Of a DNA stretch of 64,000 nt, positions 24,883 to 37,239 are shown in pieces. The notes under the pieces are model-generated. The model was given only the letters and a program-made list of their open reading frames with translations, was not told the DNA's origin and did not search any database. This DNA is from Podospora anserina (Eukaryota). Location of the stretch: positions 620,001 through 684,000 of the forward strand of contig JAFMPO010000001.1 of the NCBI GenBank assembly GCA_017654855.1, given 5' to 3'. The translations under genes were made by a program, and so were the position numbers. The first letter of the stretch is position 1. Each line of letters starts with the position of its first letter.

Positions 24883-24970
24883 CTGGGGATTTTTTTCTGT
24901 GGGTGCTGCCCACCGCCAGCAGCTGGGGAAGCTGGGGCGGCTAGTCTGGGGAGCACTGGGGGAGCCGGGG
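24883..24970. promoter_or_regulatory. Cluster of six CreA/CRE1 (SYGGRG) motifs with an embedded GGCTAG XlnR-type motif, upstream of xlnR
   Basis: CTGGGG at 24883, 24923, 24932, 24946 and 24956; CCGGGG at 24965; GGCTAG at 24939-24944. The cluster lies about 1.8 kb upstream of the xlnR ATG. Confidence 0.55.
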
Positions 24971-26081
24971 AGAAAAGATGGGGTCGGCCAACAAAGCTGT
25001 CATGGGTGATGCCGTAATGGAGCTTCGGAGCTTTCAGATTTTCAGAACCAAACTGTGTCGGTTGGCCATCCATGATCCGGCACCCATGGATCTCTTGCCT
25101 CTCGACCACCACCATCACCACACCACCACCACCAAATGACAATGTAGCGAGTGACGAGTAGCAACCAAATCTCCCTCTTTCGGAAGAGTTACTCGAGGGG
25201 TCTCTTGCTGCAGAGCCGCTGCACGTCCTGCGTGCTTTTGCTGCACATCTACTGCCACCCCTGTCGCTTAGGGTTGCCATCGACTTCTCCTCACGCCCTG
25301 GACAAGCGGAAGAGCTATCGTACCGCAGACTTGCTCAAACGTCCATCCAGATCCGTCCCGCCAGACGCCATAGGTCCGCCTGTTATTCCGCGCCATGGTA
25401 AGTATAAGACGTTAGGTATATGTGCCTGCTGTTAAGCATCTGGGGACGGAGGCAGCAGGAAAGCGTTCCTTGTGTGTCGGGCGACTCCAGCCACCACAGG
25501 GGACGGTCCAGAAAGGGGTCTGATATTGCGTTCGTCCAAGAGAATAGTGACTCCGTATTTGGTACATCATAGTGTATGTTGGAGGGCGATCACGGAGATG
25601 ACGATATGTACATGGTGGCGACCTGAGACCGGCCTGGCAGAGTGCCTGTGTCAGTGACAGATATGACAGACATCAGTGACGCTGAGTGGCAGGTAACATG
25701 ATGCGCTTGATGCACTTTGACGCAGAGGATATCGATTGGACGCCCAGCTTGCCCAGCTGAGATTGTGGGCTACGGAATGGGTGTCGAGATTCGGGCCTTG
25801 TCGATGGAGCACGGCAGATGGCAGATGAAAAGATGGGGGCTCGTCAAGCCAAGAAAGGAAAGCATTCGCCAAGCGACGCCCACTTCGATCGGGGCTTGTC
25901 ACTAGGCTTGAATGGTGGAATTTTCTACAGGTAGGGTTGCTCCTTCTCAATTCTTCGACAACCTTGGAAGCGGGCAGCACTTGCCTCTTGCTCAACATTC
26001 CAGGTTGATATTCCAAGGAAGGAACTCCCACTCAGTTCACCGCCGTGTCCTAGATACAGGTTCTCAAGGAAGGAGTAGATC

Positions 26082-26098
26082 GACTGACTGACTGACTG
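26082..26098. repeat. (GACT)4 microsatellite
   Basis: gactgactgactgactg read directly from the sequence. Confidence 0.8.
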
Positions 26099-29000
26099 TA
26101 GCCTGGAAGGGACATTCTTTCGCATCGCACTCTCTGAGTCTGAGGTGACCTGCATCTCCGATTCCCCAACTTGTCGTCGGTTGGGAACATCCGCAAAGCT
26201 CCGGCCATTGGAGATGCATAGCAACTTCATTACGCGAAGGCGAAATTTTTTGTTGTTTCCCATCCCCTCCTTCGTCGATCCCAGTTGCATTGACAACCAT
26301 GAAAGGCGACTTGTGGTGCCACATGACATTACCTTTCACAAACACCTGATTGTTCAGTATTTCTTTCTCTCCGCAGATGTTTCCCGAATCGTCTTCCTCC
26401 TCGAAATTGCAAAACCGGTTGGCGCCTCTGCTATGACATCCAACTCCAGGCGGCATGCCAATATCGGAACCCTTATGTCGTCAATTATCGGCCGAGATAG
26501 CAGCGAAGGAGGAAGACTAGTTTGTTGAAACAGACCTGATGTCCGGGAACCAATAGTACTAGACCGCAATCTAAATGTATGCACGCATCTCAAGACTTCC
26601 CCTTGGGACCAAAAACACAATGTCATTTCAACGGCGACTAGCCCCCGGCAGCGGGCATTCCGGTCTGTCTAAGAAAGTTTAGCGCGGAGTAGGAATACGA
26701 GTACATAGGCGAGATCATAACAAAATATTGTTGTAAGAGTTATCCCGGCTTACTGACGACAAAAACCACGTAGACAGCGATGAACAACTTTCTTGCTACG
26801 CCCCTTCTTCGGTCCCGACAATATGGCTGCCGTCAAACACCAACAGTCCCCTACTCTGCTTGCACATCCAACACCTGGCTACCACTGCCGCTCTTCACCA
26901 CCGAGAAGTGCAGTATGGACCATGACACCTTACCACCTTGGTGTCGCTGTGCAGCCTTGCCTCAGTCGGTACCTGGATCGCCAGATTGCCAACATGGTCA
27001 AGATCAGACTCTGGCTGCGGTACTGATTGGGGACATCCGCGCCACCTCAAAGCTTCCAGGACCTCGTTGTGTCTCCTGTGTGTTCAGCTGCATAGACTCG
27101 GATTATGGCTGGCCTGGGGGTGACTGGTACCGGCGGAGCACACGGCGCGCGGAACACTCCTCCGCAAGTGCCGCTCCTTGATTGTTGCACAAACCTTGGT
27201 CGAGACCGGCGCCACATGTCACCCACACACACCACCAGACCTCACGCTAGAACAAGCAGAGTCTGTGTGCAATCCAGTTCTCACCGAGCGGTGAGATGAC
27301 GGAGGCGCATTGTCAATGCTCTCGGGTGCCAACCTACAACTCATCACCGAGGGAGGCCGGCCATCTTAACTATTTGATCGATGACGCCGGGAGACCACCA
27401 ACAACAGACAAGTCGGGCAGAAGCCGGACGCCGTGTGCGCCACCAAATCGGCTTTCTTCTTTCAACGGGAACCGGGGTCGTCACCATCCTAGCGTAGCGC
27501 ATCCTTCAACGGCCGGCGGACCGAAACTCCACATGCACGCAAGATCGTGCCCACACCGTTGAGATGTTTACATGCCCCTGATTGGCCAGCAAACCAAACG
27601 ACCTCTTGGTCCAAGTCTGGTTCCGAGCGGCCGTCAACCAATGATGCTTCTCCAAAAAGGCCCACTGCAGGAGCGTGCCCCGAAACCCCGTCCACATCGA
27701 CGACAAGAACGTCGACAAAAGTTTCTTACCATCAGAGGTGATCACTTTCTTCTGCCGACTGCAGACCAGCGACAAATATTCACTCCTCAAGTGGACATAG
27801 AAGGAAGAGGCATGTACAACCTGAAAGGCCGTGTCGCGGTCGGAACCACAGTCGAAGCATGTACTTGCAGGGGAACTCGATTCGGATACGTTCGACTTGC
27901 AGGTGGTACCTACTCTGTTCTGGGGAAGCTCCCTTTCTTCCGTGGCTCCCACGTGGCGTGCGCGAGCCACAGGAGTTAGTCCGCTGTATGCCAACCTTCC
28001 AGACTGTTTCAATCCAAGTTCTCAACGACAACTTACTGCACAAACAAAAAAGCCCGCTTCCGCCGGCTCAGCCATCAAACACAACTGTTCCTCCAGCAGG
28101 ACGTGAATTAACACTCCTAATATGGAATTTCAAAGCGAGCCTCAACCACGCGGATGGCGCTTAGTCTTCGCCGGGCTTTGGGAATTGGGCTTGAGTGAGA
28201 GTGTCTGACAAGTACTCTTCCTTGCTCTCCTGCTCCGTCTCGCAGCAATCCTTCAGGCTCTTGGCTGCGAACACACAAGCCCACAAACTATGGATGGGTA
28301 GTCAATGTGGTGTTCTCCTCGCTACACCCATCAACCCTGTTGGGGTGTCATCGGCAGCTGCCGATCAAAGTCTCCGCTGTACCCCGCTACCCAGCTCCCG
28401 CGGGGACGATACAACAATACAACGTCGACAGACAGAGCTGCCCAGGTCAGACAGCTGCCGGAGCCCCCCTGCCACATGGAAAGAATCCAACATCTTAGAT
28501 TGTCTCGCCTCTCCTACGCTGTTTTGGGGACAGGCTGCAGTCGGTATCTACCCATAAAGGTGCGTTCTGTTGATCGGTTCTGGGGTAACCATATATTACA
28601 TGTTGGCACACCCCGCTGCACTTTACGGAACAGGGACCGTCTTTCCATCTGGCCACAACACATGTGTGTGAACCCTGTCCTCCTGAAGCGACAATCTTTG
28701 AGTCGGAAGACCGGACCTCATTAATAGGTTCTACTCACCTTCCTTTCGTGGCCATCAAGCTGTTCTCCGCAGACCGAACCTATCCTGTGCCAAGACAGCG
28801 GCATTGTTTCCGGCAAGATCATGGGATCTGGATATCACTAGGTTACGTGTCGTCCGTGGTCGGCATCAGTCTTCATCTGAAGAGTGGTTGAAGCGCTTCC
28901 GAGATCTAGCTGACCACCACTTAGCTTCATGGGCTTCAGTCTTGCAGATCAACAAAGGTAAAATAAAGGGGCCGGCTTTCCAGAAAAGCTTCCAGTTCCC

Positions 29001-31603
29001 GGGGCCGTCTAATGCCCAGCGGACAAGACGGCCTCAGGACGGCAGCGGCGATCAGTCAGCGGCACGCTGTCCCGCACTTTTGCGTACCTGAGCTGCAGGT
29101 GTCAAGCAGGTACGTAGGCGATGAACCTGGTCGACAGGCGGTTCCTCGGTGCGACCATATCTTTGACGCCGGGAACGGCTGCCATCGTGGCTATCTATCT
29201 CCAACGCCGGAGGAGTTTGTTATGACCAGGTGGTAGAATGCCATACATCCTCTACCAACAAACTGCCAATTTCGTTGCATGGTGTTCGCGGATTCTAACC
29301 CGCGGTGATCACGTCGGGAAAATGGATGAGACATGCATGCAGTTTAACACCACGTGCGGTGTGCCGATGAACGAGTGGCTGGATATGGTGACAGCTACCA
29401 CTTCCCCCAGCCACTGTTACGACGAACACACCTCGAGGTCTGGCGGCGGAAGGCGCTTGACAGAGCCGAACGTGGGTTAGTTAGGCGCCGCGTTCTCTAC
29501 AGCAGACGCTCCATCGTCTTTATCGTCGGAAGAGCAGAGCGGTCTGATATTGGATTTAATCTACGGCGTAATTTGCAAGGTCGCCGCGGCGACGTCAACA
29601 GACCTTGATCACTGTATGCATAGTCGCCATTTCAGAGGCTAGACCGTGGTTCTTGGTGACCGATGTCTCGCATTGTGTTCCACGGTCAGGGACCACGCTT
29701 CAACAATGTCAATAGCCCGTCGAGAAAAGCTCCGAAGAGAAGCATTAGTACTAGTTTGACATGCACTAGAACACCGGCAGATCTCAAGCGTGACAGCGGG
29801 GGGCTATCGCAATCAAGAGATGCCCTGACAATACCCCTGGAGATGACAGTCATGGCACCGTGATCAATACCTACCGTTCTCCCGTACGACTTGAGGGGGC
29901 TTTGCCGGAAGCTGGTCTCAGTTGTAACTGAATCAGATTGTACGCAGGGGACCGGAAGTACCTATCATCGATGGTTCAGCAGAGGTTAAGAGCCAAACTA
30001 ATCCAGACCCAACGGTCAAACAAGGTGAAGATCAAGGTCAAGGCGAACAGGGTGTCGAAAACGGTAATACTTTGCTCCGGGCGTGAAGTCCCGTTACCTC
30101 GTGTTGTAGTGGTAGTCAGCGAGACGCCACAGCTCGATACGGAAGGGTGCTCCGCCTAAAGTCCCATCCTACCGGCCTCGTACGGCACTTGTACGATCTT
30201 CAAAGCTTAAGCCCAGGAGGGGTTTTGCGGGGAAAGAGAGTTGGGTGGTATTCCGAGAGCGTTCCTTTAAAGCACCATCCTGGGGATCGCAGTACCCTGG
30301 ACGGCTAGAAAACATGTGTTGGCGACCACTGTGGTTCCGAGGCTGTGATCATCAACCCAGTCCAGATAGCTCGAGGGATTGTCGCTGGCAAGAGTGAGGG
30401 GAAGCAGCACATGATCTTGATGATGGCCCACCCCATCCTGGGGTTCTGTCTACAAGACACATCACGAGATATTCTCCGAGCAGATCTGTCGTCCCATTTG
30501 GGTCAGAAGCAGCACAGCACCCTGGCGATTACACATACACGCAGAGGCATGTCCTGATCACCTAGACATTGCCGCTGCCTGGGAGGAATTGATAATGTAT
30601 CCACCTAGATGCATGTTTCGGATGTCGTGGCAGAGGGCTTGCTCCGTTCTCCATCAAGTAAAGTTCCATGGCAGCTTGGTTTGCAAAGCAACGCAACGAC
30701 AGCTACTGCCTCTTAGCACTGCAACAAGACGTCGAGCACAATGCCCGCCATGCCTCTTGTATCGACGGTCGGAGGGCCGGTGAAGCAACGCTGGAACTGC
30801 ACAACGAAAAGTCCAAGAGAGCGGCAGAAGTTGACTGGACTGACACAGTCTGTGTTTCGAGTTCGCCTGTGCTCTGCAGATATCTGCCGTCTGCCGGTGC
30901 CCACGAAACAATGAGAAGACGACAGCCAGCAGTTCAAGAGCGGGAAGCAAGGGTCACCCCGCAATGATTCGAATGGGTGGGAATAACGTAATCCACAAAA
31001 CAGCAAGTTGATCAAACATCCACCGTTCATCTCTCTCTTCGAAGGGGACCACCGTTCATACCGAACCCAAACCCATCGTCTGAACTTTTGCTACGTATAC
31101 TGCTAGTAGCTCCGCATGAATGAACATCAGCCAGAATAGTTCCGTCGTTTCAAAGAGCCACAGTTCTTGGCTGGCATTCGCCACGTAGCTTTTCGACTTC
31201 CGACCACCTACCATCTAGGTACTCGACGCATTATAGACTCATTTTGAATTGAACCCTTTGGATGGCATATCGATAGGTAAGGTGGATCTGACATCCTTCT
31301 TTCCAGAAGATTACCATTTTGGACATTTTGTTGTTAGATCACGTTGCATCTATGTAGATACTTTGTCATCGACAATCATCATCGTTGTCGTTGTTGCATT
31401 TTGGGAGTTGACCGCATCGCCCTCCTGCCCGCTATGACATCCCCAAGCCGTCTTTGCAAATTTCCAACAGCATGCAGATACACGGTCTCATTATTTTCAT
31501 TCCCTCGGTGCCTCGGTGCCTCGGTATAGGTTCATTGCTGCTTGCCGTTCCGCCCCTGACCTTGTCTTTGCATGCTTCCCTCACCTGAGGTCTCAGTTCT
31601 GGT

Positions 31604-31636
31604 CCCCCCCCCCATTTTTTTTTTTTTTTTTTTTTT
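31604..31636. repeat. C10-A-T22 homopolymer tract
   Basis: C run at 31604-31613 and T run at 31615-31636, read directly. Confidence 0.9.
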
Positions 31637-34474
31637 GGCTTCATCGTTGGAAAACAGTGGAAGTTATCTCGTTCAGTTGGTTGGTAATAATCCTCCCTGC
31701 CTCGTGAAATGATCGGTTGTGATATCCGGTTTGGGACAGACGGCTGGTAAATATCATGAGGCTCTCCTTTTTTTTTGGTCTCTGGTGTGGCTGGTGGGTG
31801 GGTGAGGGAGAGTTGTAGGAGAGAAGCGGCTCAAAAGCAGACAGAGGGACGCGGCAACGCAACGGCAGACTTCCCCCAGACCAGATCCGCGTTTTGGAAT
31901 GGGAGATGCCGATCCAATCGCTGGTCGGTGTTGCTCTGCTGCTGCGCATATCTATCCCGTGATCTTGGGAAGGCAAAGCAGTTTGTTCTGCGACAGGGAC
32001 TGGGGCTCGAGGGGAAAGGGGGTGCAAGAGCGGACATTCGGTTCAATGCTTTCTTTCTTTGCTCTCTTGCCACCGCTGGGTTGGTTGGTTACCTCTACGG
32101 CGAAGTCCGTTCACACAGTTCGAGAAGGCAGCTTCAGAATGAACTGGCCCGTCCTTGCCAAACAATAACGGTATTGTTTATTACCCCTTTTTCTGTCGTT
32201 AGGTTACCATCTGATGTTCATCTCAACCTGAGGAGACGATCAAGGATCTGGGTCACTGCCGTTGGGACGGGCACTGTTGCTCATCGGAGTCGGCCGGTGA
32301 GGTTGAGGGAGGGTATGATGATCTTCCTTCTCGCCTTTGCAGTGTGCCCAAGCCCGCGCAGCAATTACTCTTTCATGACGGCAGTGAAGTTGCGTCGGGG
32401 TCTTGATCTGGAAGACACTGTGACGGCGGGAAATGACTGCCTACCAAGTGGTAGATGGCACAGACGTCTTGATGGCATACACACATGCCCTTTTCCTTTG
32501 GTGACAGATGGGACTCCAGTAGAGCAGAGGAAGGCGAGGTCGGAACTAGGTCTATCCTTGCTTGCCACGCAGCATAGAAAGCGGGAAATCATCCCGTTGC
32601 TGCAGCATCTGGTGTAAGGTGAAGGACGGATGTTGCTTGATGAGGATATCCGATTCATGCGAGATCTTCTTCCCGTCGGGATGGAAGGTCTTCTCGAAAG
32701 AAGAGATCTAGAGCGGATCGGATATCGGATTGTGTGTTCGAGATGTTCCAGATGCAGTAGAAGGAATTGGGATGTGAGATGAGAGGGGGACAGTGACAGG
32801 GCTTTGATGTGGTGATCTGATGGGGGATGAGGTGATGGGTGGTAATGGTCAAGAAGATGAGATGAGGAGATGGGATGGTGAGGTGGTTTGGGAAAGGATC
32901 TGGGGGTTTCTGGAAGGGATCAGCGTAGGTTCACACTCCTGTGTCTCTCTGTCTGTGTGCTGCTCTGGGCTCGTCTTCTTGGACAAGTCCTAAGTCAGCT
33001 GACCTCACTGTCATCTCTCACACTGGCCGCAGTTTGAGGTTGCGGGAGGAGTTTGTTTCTGGTGTTTTAGCCTCGGTCAACTCTCAGACGCCGGCTCAAG
33101 TTGAGCTTTTGGTGAGGCTTTTGTTGTTGTGGCGTCTTTCTTATCGGCTATCAAGATGTCACTTCAGCCTCGTTGTCGTTGTTGTCACAAAAGAATCAGC
33201 CTCACCGCTATGGTGAGCCGTCAAGTTTGAGATAGAGTAGAGGTTATGAGAAAGCAAAATTTGGCTAAACGGCGCCCGGTGTGTTGTGGCTAGAAAGAAG
33301 ACACTGCGGCTGTGTATGGTGTTGATTGAGGGTGGTCAGCTTCATGATGGGACTCGAGGACCTCGGGAAGAAACAAGGCAAAAGAATGCGGCAGGGGGCC
33401 AGGAAAGGACAAGGCAGAGAGATATAAAGAATACAGACTGTCACCTTGCTTTTATGTTCCAATTTCTTATGGCTACAGAGGGTGATGATGACCGTTGTTT
33501 TCGACTCAAGGAAGGAAGAAGGGATCAGAAAGGGGTGAAGGGATCGGCATCAACAGATGGCAATAGCAACATAACGACCTCGAAGCCAATATCCAAGACA
33601 AAAGACGAGAAACCTCGAATATGGCCGCGACTCGTACCTAGGGGACGGCTTGAAAGACTTCGGCAGCCAGCGGGGAGGATGGGTACTCGACCAAAAGGCT
33701 TCTCAATGACAAGACAGTCCCCGAGAGACAGATTGAAAGACGCATAACGGATACGTCACATAAGATAAACAAATAAACGGAGGTCTTCCTGTTCAGAAAC
33801 CAAACGGGATGAGTCGTTTACGACGAACAATTAGGAGACTCGGGCAAGGAACAGGCGACAGGACCGTGGCTTCCCAGAAACATTGGTATCGCAAAGCCAG
33901 CATATAGCCAACGCAACCACGGTCCTCACAGCCCGGTCATCGAGGGTTTGGGCAACAAGCAGTCACTACAGGAGCGAAGCGCAGGAGCTTGGGCTTTATG
34001 TATTAGGTCGACAGCCACAATCTTCAGCCAGCCCTAGTACCCTCATCCCAACACCCTTGCGGTCAACTGGTAAGGGGATTGGAGCCGCTCACGCCCACCG
34101 CCCCCTCCCGGCTCACCGTGAGCACCTGTTCGATCTGAAGTAAAAGCCTTGGGTTTTGGTAGCCGATCACCTCCCCTGCTCATGAGGGAGCTGACCGGGG
34201 AGCTTTTGCGACTTTCTTCTTACTGTCAATCAATCTTATTTTGGTCTTAGTTCTTGCCAAAGGTTTATGCAACGAGCAAAAGAGGGTGGGACATCAATCA
34301 CTCTCCCCTAGCAAATACATAACCCCAGGATTATCTTAGGGGATGCTAACACCTAACCAACCAACGGGCCTAAACAGAGCCGCAAACACCTGCAAAACAA
34401 CAATAATAACAACAACATCCAATCTCCAAATTACACCAACAAGCATGAAAAAAAATAAAAACGAAACACCAAAA

Positions 34475-34593
34475 ACATACAACACCAGGGATTCCCCAGT
34501 GGTCACCCACCTGAGTACTGGTCTGGCGGTCAATTGCTTAACTAGGGGAGAGCGGACGGGATCCCGTGTATTCAACTGCCTATGGTCGTATGT
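34475..34593 (-). rRNA. Dispersed 5S rRNA gene
   Basis: The minus strand reads ACATACGACCATAGGCAGTTGAATACACGGGATCCCGTCCGCTCTCCCCTAGTTAAGCAATTGACCGCCAGACCAGTACTCAGGTGGGTGACCACTGGGGAATCCCTGGTGTTGTATGT (119 nt). The ends pair, CCCGTCCGCTC and the GTGA loop are conserved, and a T-run terminator follows. Confidence 0.97.
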
Positions 34594-35148
34594 GCTTGCG
34601 TTCAGCATATTGTGAGCTTAAGAAGCAACATGTTTCTCTGTTCCCAGCTTCGGTTGGTGAGAAGGGAGAGGAAGTCTCAGGGTCTCGACAAGATGGCGCT
34701 GATTCTTAGGAAGACCAGGGGAAACCCTTATTTATGTTAAGGTTATTTCTACCAAGGAAACCGCTCCTTTTAATCCACCGCCGGGGATGAATCGCAGCAT
34801 CCTTCGAACCATATCCACGGGCATCATCCATTTTTCGAGACTGTGCTCGTCAACAGCCTACTATACCAATCCCACTTTAAGCATTCTGGAAGGATATAAT
34901 CAGCTGTGGTACGATTTGCAAGGTTATGGGTGTCACGGCCATCCCAGCTTCTTGGATCCCTGTGTCAAGCTCTCAACTTCCTAGAAACCGTTCGGAATAC
35001 CACATCTTGACGCCTCCATTCTTGCCATGATCTTAGTTGATGCATTACACAATCAAACTGGCAATGCTTCAAGCAGCTATTTGACAATCCAACGTCTAGT
35101 TCCATCGTCGCTCTACATTGCAAACAACTCCTTCCTATCCAATCTCCA

Positions 35149-36087
35149 TCATGGGAGCGATAAACTCGCCCTGAAGTCATCAATCGCCACGCTCTTCTCT
35201 CTCAGCCCGCTCTTCTTTCCGTCTACAGTCCCTGGGTGTGTCTCTCTTTCCAATGTCCAAACCTCCCGTACTCCCAGGCTTTCGAGATAGTCCAACCCTC
35301 TCAAATAATTCGTCGCCACCTGCCCAATCCCGTGGCTATCGTCAGAGAACGTAAACCTGCCTCCCATCTTGATCCACTCCTCAGCAATCTCCCTCTTGGG
35401 GTACCCCTCGGCCATCCCTTTCCTCAACCCAGAAGTGTTCATCTCCAGCCAACCCCCGAACTCCTTCACCTTTTCCAGATTCCTGACTACCTTCCCCCAA
35501 ACCTTTTGATTCGACTTCAGCTCCCTCCCGGGATCCTCACTCATCAACCTAATCAAGTCGAAGTGCCCTACCACCTTGGGCTTCAGCGCGCTCAACATCT
35601 CCAACTGCTCATCAAAATACTTCTCATACAGCCCCTCCTCGGTGCCACCGCAAGCCTCAACAGCTGTCCGGTAAAGCGCCTTGTCATAGTCAATCGGAAT
35701 CCCAGCCGTGTGGTGCAGACTCCCAATGAAGTAATCCACCCTCGCGTCCTTGGCCAGCTCCCCTATCAGCGACCCGTACTCCTCCCCTCTGATCCACTCC
35801 CCTTCGAACCCGATGAGGATGTGGATCTTGTCTGCGTACTTCTGCTGGAGGGCGGCCGCGGTAGAGAGGTACTCCTCGTGCCGGGGGAAAAGGGAATCGA
35901 GGGTGGCCTGCGGGGTGGGGAGGAGCTCCTCGGGGTAGAGGTCCGAGACGGAGGTGCGGGGCATGTGCTCGGTCAGGCCGAGGGTTTGGTACCCGAGGGA
36001 GATGGCGTGGAGGATGATGGACTCGAGCGAGTCGACGGCGTGGCCGGGGCAGAATTGGCCCGAGTGGGAATGCATTGTGAAGGCCAT
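35149..36087 (-). CDS. HIS2: Histidinol-phosphate phosphatase (PHP family)
   Basis: Intronless 312-aa ORF with MHSHSGQFCPGHA, LTEHMPR, GFEGEW, IGSLHH, VVGHFDLIRL, EMNTSGLRK and FSDDSHG. Confidence 0.96.
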   Translation of the reverse strand: MAFTMHSHSGQFCPGHAVDSLESIILHAISLGYQTLGLTEHMPRTSVSDLYPEELLPTPQATLDSLFPRHEEYLSTAAALQQKYADKIHILIGFEGEWIRGEEYGSLIGELAKDARVDYFIGSLHHTAGIPIDYDKALYRTAVEACGGTEEGLYEKYFDEQLEMLSALKPKVVGHFDLIRLMSEDPGRELKSNQKVWGKVVRNLEKVKEFGGWLEMNTSGLRKGMAEGYPKREIAEEWIKMGGRFTFSDDSHGIGQVATNYLRGLDYLESLGVREVWTLERETHPGTVDGKKSGLREKSVAIDDFRASLSLP

Positions 36088-36664
36088 TGTCTTGGTGGTT
36101 TGTAGGTTGATGAAGCCGATTCCTCAGAACAATGTGGTGAAAAGGTGCTCAAACTTTGTTGTTTGAACAGAACGATACTTAAAAATTAGATTTATCTCGC
36201 CTCGGCCCGTTGGGGTTGGCGATGGCACAGAGTGAGAGTTCAACGGTAATGATGAGTCAAGAAAAGAAAAATGCCCCGCCCTGCCTTCAAGGAGTGATAG
36301 AGCAACAAGACAAGGCCAAGCAGGCCATTCAGGTCGTTGCAACACACCACGAGGCCATTCATACCCTCACTAAACTCAATTCATCTTTTCCAATGGCCGG
36401 CAAACTTGCCATCACAGCCCCGCTTATCAACAATCTTGTCTGAATCACAGTTCTTTGAAGCTTGAAGCTCCGACTGATGCTGATGCGACTCCACAGTCCA
36501 CTGGGAGCAGTTGTTGCGCTGCCATTGTCCAATGGGGAGCAAGGCTTTACCTCTGAAAGGGCATTGGGGAAAAACGGTTTGGGAAAGGTAAAATGCATGT
36601 ATCTGAAGCCAACCCAGAGGCAAAAATATACTATGTAGTGTTTATTGAAAGTGGAAAAAGTAAT

Positions 36665-36748
36665 CGACCATCATGGGACTCGAACCCACAACCTTAGCCT
36701 TAATCTCCTTGTTAGGAGGGCTACGCGCTACCATTGCGCTAGACGGCC
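36665..36748 (-). tRNA. tRNA-Arg(CCT) with a 12-nt intron
   Basis: GGCCGTC TA GCGC AATGGTA GCGC G TAGCC CT CCT A [ACAAGGAGATTA] A GGCTA AGGTT GTGGG TTCGAGT CCCAT GATGGTC G. The cloverleaf is complete. The intron AGGAG pairs with the anticodon-loop CTCCT, and TTTTT lies just downstream. Confidence 0.95.
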
Positions 36749-37239
36749 ATCTTATTTGTTGAAAACAGAGGTGGAATAATGTCATTATTACGAGAGCACT
36801 GAAAGCTTCTGTGTATAGCCCAGGGGGGCAGGCAATACGAGAACAAAACACACTGCAGATGAGAAACTCAACAACGCATACCAAAATAGAACTACTAAGT
36901 GTTTCACTTTACTGCAACAACGATCTGGAAAGGAGCCATTCTTATTGACCGTGATTGTGCCACTGGAGAGTTTACGAGAGGTCGTACACGATGTCATCTT
37001 CTTTTCCTGCCTTATAACAACAAAGCTCTCACAGTGCTCGGGCAGGGAAGTACATTCCACCAGTTCCAGCAAAGGAATTGACCAAAAGAAATGAGACTCA
37101 AGATGGCCCGTACATGTTGTGATTCGATTTTCACATTTTCCTTCCTGAAAATCTTGGTGTTCGTACAATCCGCTGTGATGCGTCATACTTAGAGTGCCCC
37201 AGATTGCCAGGCATTGTGTATGTATCTGAAAGTTCTTCC

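Noticed and set aside
25268..25275. AACCCTAA (minus strand) as a telomerase RNA template in the gene-free region
   Set aside because: The match is only 8 nt and expected by chance; no pseudoknot or CR4/5 element could be identified. The similar match near 51403-51411 is an intron branch site.
31775..32617. 280-aa plus-strand ORF
   Set aside because: It has a non-ATG start, Arg/Cys/Leu-rich random composition and no motif.
35236..36105. 289-aa ORF opposite HIS2 (likewise the ORFs at 48368-49369 and 49854-50672 opposite the channel gene)
   Set aside because: These are antisense shadows of strongly biased coding sequence.
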